Shown: one piece after another, positions 13,786 through 22,384 of the stretch | Layout: every line of letters begins with the position of its first letter | Numbering within the stretch: position 1 is the stretch's first letter | Assembly: GCA_963666485.2 (NCBI GenBank) | Contig: CAXXUO010000002.1 | Coordinates: 544,001-608,000, forward strand | DNA from: Syntrophorhabdaceae bacterium | GTDB lineage: Bacteria > Desulfobacterota > Syntrophorhabdia > Syntrophorhabdales > Syntrophorhabdaceae | Length of the DNA stretch: 64,000 bases | Reading direction: 5' to 3' | The notes under the pieces: generated by a model | The model's database searches: none | The model's input: the letters and a program-made list of their open reading frames with translations, nothing else | Told to the model about the DNA's origin: nothing | Made by a program: the position numbers and the translations under genes

Positions 13786-14609
13786 ATTTCGCGTTCAGCT
13801 CGAATGCGTTCCGGCGACACGACCTCGTCGATGCCATAAAGACTATTGCGCGCATCGGGTACCGGGGCGTGGAGATCATGGCGGACATTCCGCACGCATA
13901 TCCTCCCGACCTGACATTCACCGATATTCGCCGCATCCGCAAGGCGCTCAAGGCATCGGGCCTCGGGGTGTCGAATATCAACGCCTTCGAACTGTGGGCG
14001 CTGGGCGACACATACCATCCGTCCTTTATCGAAAAAGACCCGGAATTGAGAAAAAAGCGAATCCAACATACCCTGAAGGCCCTCGAACTGGCTGAAGCCC
14101 TTGAATGCCCGAACATTTCCATAGAACCCGGAGGCCCCGTCGACTCGGCGGTTGCCGACAAACCGCATGCCGTGTTCATGGACTGCCTTCAAGAAATTTC
14201 TGAAAATGCCCGCAAGCGGGGGGTGCGCGTGCTCATAGAACCGGAGCCCGGACTCCTTATCGAGACCAGCTGTCAATTTCTCCGGCTTCTCAAGGAACTC
14301 GACCCGGACGTGTACGGGCTCAATTTCGATATAGGCCACTTCTTCTGTGTCGGCGAAGACCCGGCGGGCCTCGCCCCCGCCCTCCATAACGTAACGCATC
14401 ACTATCATCTCGAGGATATAGCCGCCTCCCAGGTCCATGAACATCTCCTGCCGGGCGAGGGCGCCATAGATATCGGGGAGGTCCTGAACGCTATTGACAG
14501 TACCGGTTATAGCGGCTTCGTAACGGTCGAATTATATCCTTATGAAGAACGCCCGGCAGAGGCCGCCCGCCTGGCATTCACGTACCTGGAATCCATGGAG
14601 GTCATATAA
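13782..14609 (+). CDS. Sugar phosphate isomerase/epimerase (TIM barrel), paralogue of the upstream gene
   Basis: ATGA overlap with the previous stop; EPEPG, FDIGH, HYHLED, HLLPGEG and TVELY motifs. Confidence 0.85.
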   Translation: MNFAFSSNAFRRHDLVDAIKTIARIGYRGVEIMADIPHAYPPDLTFTDIRRIRKALKASGLGVSNINAFELWALGDTYHPSFIEKDPELRKKRIQHTLKALELAEALECPNISIEPGGPVDSAVADKPHAVFMDCLQEISENARKRGVRVLIEPEPGLLIETSCQFLRLLKELDPDVYGLNFDIGHFFCVGEDPAGLAPALHNVTHHYHLEDIAASQVHEHLLPGEGAIDIGEVLNAIDSTGYSGFVTVELYPYEERPAEAARLAFTYLESMEVI

Positions 14610-15863
14610 ATGGAACGTTTAGGGGCGATGCTCGTCGGGGTCCTCGGCCATCTCTCGTCCGTCGTCCTGACAGGCGCCTGTTTGCTGAAGAAGGGCTTGT
14701 ACCCGCCGGTAGGCATGGTTACGAAACGGGACGAGTTCAGCCGGTTCGATCTCGTTGAGCCCGGCGATATCACGTTCGGCGGCTGGGATATACAATGGGG
14801 CGACCCGGCCGGGAAGGCGTACCGGAATCTCGTTGAGACCTTGCTTGTCAACGACAGGTATTTCAGGATGATCGAGGATGATCTCGCGGATGCCGGCGAA
14901 TACATCTATCCGGGAACGCATCTGAATTGCGGGAAGGCGATCAGTGCGCTCGCCGACCGTCCGGGCGGCGAGGCGCGGCGTTCCGCACGCGACACACTCG
15001 ACGGGCTGCGCGGCAACATACGGGATTTCCGCTCCCGGGCCGGACTCGACAGGATAGTCGTGATCAACCTGGGATCCACCGAACCCCCGCTCCCGATAAC
15101 GGACGCGCATCATCTATCCCCTGAAGCGGTACTGGAATGCATCGATGAGGACCGCCTGGAGTTCTTCCGCGCCAGCACTCTCTACTCACTGGCGGCGATA
15201 CTGGAAGGCTGCGCCTACGTCAATTTTTCCCCGTCGAACAGTGCGCTCCTGCCCGGCATTGTCAGGCTTGCAGAAGAAATGAGGGTCCCCGTCATGGGGA
15301 ATGACGGGAAAACAGGGGAGACCCTCGTCAAATCCGCGCTATCGTCCATGTTCCGGTCGAGAAACCTCGAAGTCATGAGCTGGGAGGGATTCAATATCCT
15401 GGGAAACATGGATGGAAAGATACTTGACGACCCTGACAACAGACAATCCAAGATACAAAGCAAGGATGCGCTCCTTCCCCCTATTCTCGGATATGCCCCC
15501 CACTCGTCGGTATATATCGGCTACGTACCGTCGCTTGGCGATCAGAAGACCGCCTGGGACTTCATTCATTTCAAGGGGTTCCTCGGAACGAAAATGTCTT
15601 TGCAGTTTGTCTGGCAGGGATTCGATTCGATACTCGCCGCGCCGCTCGTCCTCGATCTTATCCGGCTTGCCGAGTTCGCCCAAAGGCAGGGGGAATATGG
15701 CCTCATGCCCCACCTGGCCTCTTTTTTCAAGGCCCCTCTTGGTGTTTGCGAGCACCGGCTGCACGAACAATTCCACATTCTGAACGATTATGTAGCCGAG
15801 CGAATAAAGAAGAAAAGATATCAGGGGCCTATTTTGACGCTTCGTCGAGGACCCGGCGGATAG
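14610..15863 (+). CDS. ino1: Myo-inositol-1-phosphate synthase family protein
   Basis: FGGWD, GNDGKTGETLVK, NILGNMDG, GDQKTAWD and DSILAAPLVLDL motifs. Confidence 0.85.
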   Translation: MERLGAMLVGVLGHLSSVVLTGACLLKKGLYPPVGMVTKRDEFSRFDLVEPGDITFGGWDIQWGDPAGKAYRNLVETLLVNDRYFRMIEDDLADAGEYIYPGTHLNCGKAISALADRPGGEARRSARDTLDGLRGNIRDFRSRAGLDRIVVINLGSTEPPLPITDAHHLSPEAVLECIDEDRLEFFRASTLYSLAAILEGCAYVNFSPSNSALLPGIVRLAEEMRVPVMGNDGKTGETLVKSALSSMFRSRNLEVMSWEGFNILGNMDGKILDDPDNRQSKIQSKDALLPPILGYAPHSSVYIGYVPSLGDQKTAWDFIHFKGFLGTKMSLQFVWQGFDSILAAPLVLDLIRLAEFAQRQGEYGLMPHLASFFKAPLGVCEHRLHEQFHILNDYVAERIKKKRYQGPILTLRRGPGG

Positions 15864-17616
15864 CTCTTGCGGCTTCCTGCTTCGCGAGAGGTTTCATAAG
15901 GGAGCCTTTTATACCGATCCTCTCTATCGCCTCGAATGAAACGACGTCACTGTGTCCGGTATAGAGCAGTATCGGCATGTCGGGGCGCATCTTCAGGATC
16001 TCCTGGGCCAATTTCAGCCCCGTTATTTTCGGCATCGTCTGGTCCGTGAACACCAGGTCAAACTCCGAGGGATTGCGCGAGAACAGCTCAAGAGCTTCCT
16101 TGCTGTCGGTCATGGCTTTTACTTCATACCCGAGGCGCTCGAGCATTCCCCTCGCCAGCTCGGCAAGAAGCTCATCGTCGTCGATGAAGAGTATCCTTTC
16201 CCCGTTCCCTCGCGGCACCTCGCCTGCCGGGGAGATATTTTCCCTGCTTTTTGTTTCAACGACCGGAAGCATGACGCGGAAAGATGCCCCTTCTCCCGGG
16301 GTGCTTTCAACGCTTATGTCGCCGTTGAGCCCCGTTACGATGCCGTACACGACTGCCAGACCCATACCCGTTCCCTTCCCTATTTCCTTGGTCGTATAGA
16401 AAGGTTCGAATATCCTGCGCATGACGGCCGGCTCCATACCCCTGCCCGTATCCCTGACGGTAATAGTGAAATATGTGCCCGGGACCAGTTCCGGCTGGTG
16501 CGCCGTGGGTGATCGGACATCCGAATTGGACAGGATCACCTCGATCGTCCCCTGCGCTTCCGGCATTGCCTGCGCTGAATTCGTGCAGAGGTTCATGATG
16601 ATCTGCTGTATCTCGGCCGGATTTACGTTGACCGTATCGATGCCCGCTTTCTTGGACAGTACGAGCTCGATGCTTGACGGCAGTGATGCCCGAAGAAATT
16701 TTATGGTCTCGGAAATAAGCGGTGACAGGGACAAGGATTTTCTCAATGCGTCTGTTTTCCTGCTGAACGCGAGCATTTGTTGAATCAGGTCCCTGCCGCG
16801 GAAACATGATGTTATGATGTGCTTTAAATTCCTCTCCTGCTGTGAAGGCCGGGGAGCATCGTCGAGGCTCATTTCCGCAAAACCCAATACGGCCGCAAGG
16901 ATATTGTTGAAATCATGCGCGATGCCGCCCGTCAGCGTGCCGAGCGATTCCATTTTTTGTGCCTGTCTCAGCCGCTCTTCGAGTGCCTGTTTATCCTGTG
17001 TTTCCTTAACCAGTTTCTTGTAGGCATCTTCGAGGTCGGCATGCGACGCACGCAGTTCCTCCTCCGCAACGATGCGGCGCTTTATCTCTTCCTGAAGCAT
17101 ATACTGCATTCCATTCTGGACGCTCATGTCCGTCACGACAACGCAGAAGACCTCGGACTCGAGCATAATGGGCCGCGCCGAAATGTGTATCGGTACGGAA
17201 GTCCCTTTCGGCGTCTTGAGCAAGAATTCACCCTTGCATCCCTCAGGGTGGCACGACCTGAGCAGGGACTCGAGTTCCCACTCTCCTGCAGGCTCAACCA
17301 TCCGGTACAGGCTCTCGCCAATCAGCTTGTTCAAACGACGCCCTGAAAATACGGCGAACTGCTTGTTGCAATGGAGGATGGTACCGTCGGGCGTGATCGT
17401 CAGCGCCCCTTCGCTCATTGTCTCGACAAACGTCTTATAGCTGCTGTCCGCGCCTTTGAGCGTATATACCTGGAGACCTTTGGGCCCTTCAACGACAAGC
17501 GCGTCGACCTCGTTGTTCCTGATCGCCTGCAGCATTTCCTCGGCTTCCTCAAGGCGGATGAGCAGTTCCCGGTTTTGGGATTCAAGGTCTTCGCGACTGT
17601 TTTCCTTATGTTTCAT
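15829..17616 (-). CDS. PAS-domain hybrid sensor histidine kinase (PAS-HisKA-HATPase-REC)
   Basis: GGIAHDFNNIL H-box, NLCTN N-box, DTGRG and GTGMGL boxes, C-terminal receiver (FIDDD...TDQTMP...KP). Confidence 0.92.
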   Translation of the reverse strand: MKHKENSREDLESQNRELLIRLEEAEEMLQAIRNNEVDALVVEGPKGLQVYTLKGADSSYKTFVETMSEGALTITPDGTILHCNKQFAVFSGRRLNKLIGESLYRMVEPAGEWELESLLRSCHPEGCKGEFLLKTPKGTSVPIHISARPIMLESEVFCVVVTDMSVQNGMQYMLQEEIKRRIVAEEELRASHADLEDAYKKLVKETQDKQALEERLRQAQKMESLGTLTGGIAHDFNNILAAVLGFAEMSLDDAPRPSQQERNLKHIITSCFRGRDLIQQMLAFSRKTDALRKSLSLSPLISETIKFLRASLPSSIELVLSKKAGIDTVNVNPAEIQQIIMNLCTNSAQAMPEAQGTIEVILSNSDVRSPTAHQPELVPGTYFTITVRDTGRGMEPAVMRRIFEPFYTTKEIGKGTGMGLAVVYGIVTGLNGDISVESTPGEGASFRVMLPVVETKSRENISPAGEVPRGNGERILFIDDDELLAELARGMLERLGYEVKAMTDSKEALELFSRNPSEFDLVFTDQTMPKITGLKLAQEILKMRPDMPILLYTGHSDVVSFEAIERIGIKGSLMKPLAKQEAARAIRRVLDEASK

Positions 17617-17628
17617 GGGCTGCCCTTT

Positions 17629-17988
17629 TTATCCCTTGCCTGGCTTTGATTTTTTCCCGGTTCTCGGGATGAGGTCAAGGCCGAACAGTATCTTCTCGGT
17701 GTCCGCCATGTCGCCAATGAACCTTCTGAGAGGGGACGGAAGCTTCTTGATGAGTGCCGGGGTGGCGACGATCTGTTCCCCGCGGGCAAGGGCAGGCTGC
17801 TGGTAGATATCGATGATCTCCAGCTCATATCTCCCCTTGAGGTGCTCCTCGCAGACGCGCTTCACATTCGCGATAGCATGCTGTGATCTCGGCGTGACCC
17901 CCGTGACATAGAGCCGGAGTATGTATTTCCCGCTTTCGTTCGCAGCCTTTTCAAATGCAGTCCTGCTGTCAACGATGTCGTCCTTCAT
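17629..17988 (-). CDS. kaiB: Circadian clock protein KaiB homologue (second copy)
   Basis: [13 protein letters not shown]...IIDI...IVATPAL...P.RRFIGD; start reassigned to the ATG at 17988, which overlaps the upstream TGA. Confidence 0.9.
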   Translation of the reverse strand: MKDDIVDSRTAFEKAANESGKYILRLYVTGVTPRSQHAIANVKRVCEEHLKGRYELEIIDIYQQPALARGEQIVATPALIKKLPSPLRRFIGDMADTEKILFGLDLIPRTGKKSKPGKG

Positions 17989-18320
17989 GCGACCCTCCCC
18001 CGTGATGGCAAAGGACGGAGGTTGAGGCCGACAAGGACCCGCTCCGTATCCGACAGGTCCCCTATTATCTTGCGGACCGGCTCGGGCAATTTCCTGACCA
18101 GGGTCGGTATGGCCAGTATCTGGTCCCCTTTTGCCAGCCTCGGGCTCTCGAGGAGGTCTATCACCTCGATCGCGTACTTTCCGGGAACATGCTCTTCGCA
18201 TATTTTCTTGAGATTAGCGAATGCCGCGAGCGATTTCGGGGTTTGTCCGGCAACATACAACCTCAGTTCCCATGTTGCGGCTTTGCTCTGGTCTTTCTTC
18301 CGGGCTGTGGCCATTGTCAT
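17985..18320 (-). CDS. kaiB: Circadian clock protein KaiB homologue (first copy)
   Basis: [12 protein letters not shown]...VIDL...ILAIPTL...[13 protein letters not shown]. Confidence 0.92.
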   Translation of the reverse strand: MTMATARKKDQSKAATWELRLYVAGQTPKSLAAFANLKKICEEHVPGKYAIEVIDLLESPRLAKGDQILAIPTLVRKLPEPVRKIIGDLSDTERVLVGLNLRPLPSRGRVA

Positions 18321-20029
18321 TTTCTCCTTCCGTCTTCTCCCCGTGCCTTTCTTATCTCCCTGGTCCTTTCCGACACAGCTTTTTCCCTGTCGTCAAGCTC
18401 GGCTATATGCCTTTCGATATCCTCTTTTTCTGATTCAAATTCAGCCTGCAAGGCGGCAAGGCGCGCCTGTGCAACGAGGCGTCTTCTCTCTATCTGCCGC
18501 TCAAGCCTTTTCTTTTCATCCCGTGCCGCACCCCGCAGCGATTCTTCCTCAGACGCCCGGGCAGCACGAGCGGCGCCGGTCAGTTCGCCCATCACCCCGG
18601 ATCCCACGCCCTGAAGTGCAATGCCCCTGTCCGTAAGCCGGTATTCTCTGAACTGGTTGGAGTGTGCCATGCCCCGGGACTTAATGATGGTAAGCCCCCG
18701 ATTCTTTTCTCCCTGTCCCGCGATATCTTTCAATACTATCCACGTATCCATCAGGGACGAGATGTGCAGAGGCGTGCTCTCGAGAGACTCGCCTGCCTGG
18801 GTCAGGCTCGTGAAGATGCTCGTTATCTTCCTTGCCTTCAAAGTATCGGCAAATCGCGTAAGCATCGATTTCACGTCCTGGTTCAATGCGACCGATACAA
18901 AATTCGTGATGGGATCAACGACAACAACATCGGGCCTGAAGGTGTCAAGAAGGCCGATCATCTTGAGAAGGTGGGCCTCAAGCCCCTGGATCGTCGGCCG
19001 CATCGACCGTATCATAAGTTTTCCGCTTTTAACGCATGCCCCGAGATCGAGCCCTGCCGACTGCATATTGCGCACTATCTGGCGGGGTGATTCTTCAAAG
19101 GCATATATCAGGCATTTCTCATTTCTCTTGCATGCCGCCGCGCCGAAATGCGCGGCAAGCGTCGACTTCCCCGTTCCCGCCGTTCCCGACACGAGCACGC
19201 TGCTTCCCTTGAGAAACCCCTTTTTCCCGAACATTGCATCGAGGTCTTCAATCCCCGTCGAAACGCGCTCGCGCGAGACATCGTAATCGAGCCCGGCCGA
19301 CGTGACGGGCAGTATCGAGATGCCGCCTTCGTCAATGAGGAACGGATACTCGTTGGTGCCGTGATATGATCCCCGGTATTTCACGACGCGCAGCCGCCGG
19401 GTCGAGATCTGGTCATCAACCCGATGGTCAAGAAGGATGACGCAATCCGCCACGTATTCCTCGAGCCCGAACCGGCTTAAGCCCCGGGTCCCGCGTTCGC
19501 CCGTCACGAGCGCGGTCACCCCTTTTTGCTTGAGCCACCTGAAGAGCCGGCGCAGCTCGGCCCTGATGATGTTCTCGTTCGGCAAACCCGCGAAAAGCAC
19601 CTCGATCGTGTCGAGGACGACCCGTGTGGCCTTTGTCGAGTCAATCGCGTAATTGAGGCGGAGAAAAAGCCCTTCGAGGTCATATTCCCCTGTTTCCTCG
19701 ATCTCGGACCGTTCAATATAGACATAATCCAGGTTAAGTTTCTTTTTCCTGACAAGCCCCTCGACATCAAAGCCAAGCGAGTGCACGTTTGTCGCCAGTT
19801 CTTCGCCTGTTTCTTCAAACGCCATGAATACGCCGGGTTCGTTATATTTCAGCGCCCCGTTGATAAGGAACTGCATGCCGAAAAGGGTCTTTCCGGAGCC
19901 CGCCGCTCCCGTAATGAGCGTGGGACGGCCCCTGGGTATGCCGCCGCGCGTCACTTCATCGAGGCCCGTGATCCCGGTCGGGCATTTCTTCAGTTCAACA
20001 TCGTGTGAGGGAATCTTTTTTCCCGGCAT
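18317..20029 (-). CDS. kaiC: Circadian clock protein KaiC (double RecA-like domain, KaiC2-like with coiled-coil tail)
   Basis: Two Walker A motifs ([17 protein letters not shown]), FEE catalytic pairs in both domains, KYRG and KSRG motifs, HISSLMDT phosphosite region. Confidence 0.95.
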   Translation of the reverse strand: MPGKKIPSHDVELKKCPTGITGLDEVTRGGIPRGRPTLITGAAGSGKTLFGMQFLINGALKYNEPGVFMAFEETGEELATNVHSLGFDVEGLVRKKKLNLDYVYIERSEIEETGEYDLEGLFLRLNYAIDSTKATRVVLDTIEVLFAGLPNENIIRAELRRLFRWLKQKGVTALVTGERGTRGLSRFGLEEYVADCVILLDHRVDDQISTRRLRVVKYRGSYHGTNEYPFLIDEGGISILPVTSAGLDYDVSRERVSTGIEDLDAMFGKKGFLKGSSVLVSGTAGTGKSTLAAHFGAAACKRNEKCLIYAFEESPRQIVRNMQSAGLDLGACVKSGKLMIRSMRPTIQGLEAHLLKMIGLLDTFRPDVVVVDPITNFVSVALNQDVKSMLTRFADTLKARKITSIFTSLTQAGESLESTPLHISSLMDTWIVLKDIAGQGEKNRGLTIIKSRGMAHSNQFREYRLTDRGIALQGVGSGVMGELTGAARAARASEEESLRGAARDEKKRLERQIERRRLVAQARLAALQAEFESEKEDIERHIAELDDREKAVSERTREIRKARGEDGRRK

Positions 20030-20234
20030 ACGGATATCCTCCTCCCGGTCATCCTGTGATCATAATAATATCATAATAATACGATGATCTATAGTCACGC
20101 ATGTCAATCGCCCTGCCACGTAAAGGCAAATCGGAATCTGAAAAGGTCGGAATTTAAGAAACCATACCACTGACCCTCGTGTTCGTCAACACCCCGTGCG
20201 CTTAACCCTTCTCCCAAGCCCCGTCAGCACGTGC

Positions 20235-20262
20235 TTGACACATTTTTTCTCCGTTCTATATT
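20235..20262 (+). promoter_or_regulatory. Putative sigma70 promoter of the HAMP kinase
   Basis: TTGACA-N16-TATATT. Confidence 0.45.
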
Positions 20263-20338
20263 TAAATGGCGGATATCTTTCTTGTATTGCATGAATTGAG
20301 AACATGCGCCGCCATATTCCGGAGGTCAGCCAGGCAGG

Positions 20339-22384
20339 ATGCAGATAAGGAAAAAGCTGCAGATAAATGCAATCGTATCATTATTGTCTGTTGTAATAAT
20401 CGCATTAATACTGTTCGTCGGTGCCTATCGCATGAACAGCGCTTTTCATGACCTTATCCTGGCGGACAGAATAATGACCGGTCTGTTCCAGCAGAACGAA
20501 CTGCTCGGTGATTATTTGAGAAGCGACAGCGATCAGGCACAAAGACGGCTCATCGCCGAACAACGGAAAACTACCGATCTCATAAGAACAGCCGCCGGGA
20601 CCTTTACCGAAAGGAACGAGAAGAAGATAACCGAAAAAATGCTTGCGGATGACGGGTCGATCAATAAGATATTTTCCGATATCGTCGGCAACCGTGAAAG
20701 GTCGGTATCGGGAGGTACGCCAAGGAAGAGCTTTAGATCTGTCGAAGACCGGCTGCTCACCCGGCTCAATATCCGGTCGTATAACATGGTCCTTGACATA
20801 CAGGCGCTGAGAGCTTCCGCCGAACGGCGTTTCGTCGGGGAATTGCGGCGCACATGGGTCAGCCTCGGCATCGTTATCATGATCGTCGTCGCGATGATCG
20901 TGATAAATTCACTGACTATAGGCAGGTTCATCATAAACCGGATAAACAACCTCAGGCAGGGGTCGCAGATCGTGGGAGAAGGCAATCTCGATCATCGCAT
21001 CGATCTTAAGGGCGATGATGAGTTCGCAGAATTTGCGCGATCGTTCGACCGGATGACAGAGAACCTGAACAGGAGCCGCATCGGGCTCGAGCAGGAAATA
21101 GCCGAAAGGGTTCTCGCGGAAGAAGCCCTGCGTTTGAATCAGAGTGAGCTTGAACTGCGGGTCGGGGAGAGAACGCGGGAGTTGAAACAGGCCTATGACC
21201 GGCTGAAGAAGGAAACGGAAGACCGTCAGCACGCCGAGGGGCAAGTGCGCAGGATGCAGAAACTGGAGGCCCTGGGGACCCTCGCCGGAGGGATAGCGCA
21301 CGATTTCAATAATATCCTGGAGGGCATAATAGGATTTGCCGAGATGGTCCTCGAAGACACGCCGCCGGGAAGCCGGGAACATCGAAGGATCGGGCTCGTA
21401 CTCAAAGGGGCGTACAGGGGGCGCGATCTCGTCAGGCAGATCCTGACATTCAGCCGGCAGGCGGAACATAACAAAAAACCGCTTCTCTTGGGTCTCATAG
21501 TCGAAGAAGCGATGAAGCTTTTAAGACCAACCCTGCCGTCTACCATAGAACTCGTGTACAGGAACCCTGACCCGGAAGGCCGGATATGTGCCGATACCGT
21601 GCAGATGCACCAGGTCGTTATGAACTTGTGCACCAATGCAGCGCATGCCATGCGTGACAGGGGGGGCAGACTCGATATCGAGATCGCGCGTGATTCGTTC
21701 ACAGCCGATTCGCTGCCAATGCCGGAAATGGCTCCGGGCAATTACGTTATCCTGAGAGTGAGCGATACCGGCGTAGGGATGGGAGCGGATGTCCAGGAGC
21801 AGATCTTTGACCCTTTTTTTACAACGAAAAAAGAAGGTGAAGGGACCGGTCTCGGGCTTTCCGTAACGTACGGGATCATCAAAGACCACAACGGCTACAT
21901 TGCAGTCGACAGTACCCCGGGCATAGGATCGACCTTCACGGTCTACATGCCCCGGATCGAGGACAGTGCCGCATCCGATGACGAAAAGGCCGGCGTGCCG
22001 CGAGGAGGGCTTGAACGCATTCTTTTTGTCGATGACGAAGACATGCTCGTCGAGCTGAACAAACAACGGCTTGCCAGGCTTGGGTACGATGTTGCGACCG
22101 CAACGAGCAGCATCGAAGCGCTGCGCATCTTCCAGGGATCGCCCGACAGCTTCGACCTTATCATCACAGATCAGACAATGCCGAACCTCACGGGCCTCGA
22201 TCTTGCCGCCGAGATATTGAAGATCAGACCGGACGCCCGGATCATCCTGTGCACCGGCCACAGTGACAGGGTTTCGCCGGAGGTCGCTCAAAAAGCCGGC
22301 ATCAGGCTCTTCCTCATGAAACCGGTCGACAGCCATGAAATGGCCGATGCCGTCCGCACGGTGCTGGAAGGCGGCAATTCCTAA
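20339..22384 (+). CDS. Membrane-bound HAMP hybrid sensor histidine kinase
   Basis: Two TM segments, HAMP (GNLDHRI...DDEF..FARSFDRM), GGIAHDFNNIL H-box, receiver domain. Confidence 0.92.
   Translation: MQIRKKLQINAIVSLLSVVIIALILFVGAYRMNSAFHDLILADRIMTGLFQQNELLGDYLRSDSDQAQRRLIAEQRKTTDLIRTAAGTFTERNEKKITEKMLADDGSINKIFSDIVGNRERSVSGGTPRKSFRSVEDRLLTRLNIRSYNMVLDIQALRASAERRFVGELRRTWVSLGIVIMIVVAMIVINSLTIGRFIINRINNLRQGSQIVGEGNLDHRIDLKGDDEFAEFARSFDRMTENLNRSRIGLEQEIAERVLAEEALRLNQSELELRVGERTRELKQAYDRLKKETEDRQHAEGQVRRMQKLEALGTLAGGIAHDFNNILEGIIGFAEMVLEDTPPGSREHRRIGLVLKGAYRGRDLVRQILTFSRQAEHNKKPLLLGLIVEEAMKLLRPTLPSTIELVYRNPDPEGRICADTVQMHQVVMNLCTNAAHAMRDRGGRLDIEIARDSFTADSLPMPEMAPGNYVILRVSDTGVGMGADVQEQIFDPFFTTKKEGEGTGLGLSVTYGIIKDHNGYIAVDSTPGIGSTFTVYMPRIEDSAASDDEKAGVPRGGLERILFVDDEDMLVELNKQRLARLGYDVATATSSIEALRIFQGSPDSFDLIITDQTMPNLTGLDLAAEILKIRPDARIILCTGHSDRVSPEVAQKAGIRLFLMKPVDSHEMADAVRTVLEGGNS

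Noticed and set aside
17989..18201. N-terminal extension of the 190-aa ORF 17629-18201
   Set aside because: It overlaps the first kaiB in another frame; the ATG at 17988 with an SD-like GGGAGGG and ATGA coupling is the better start.
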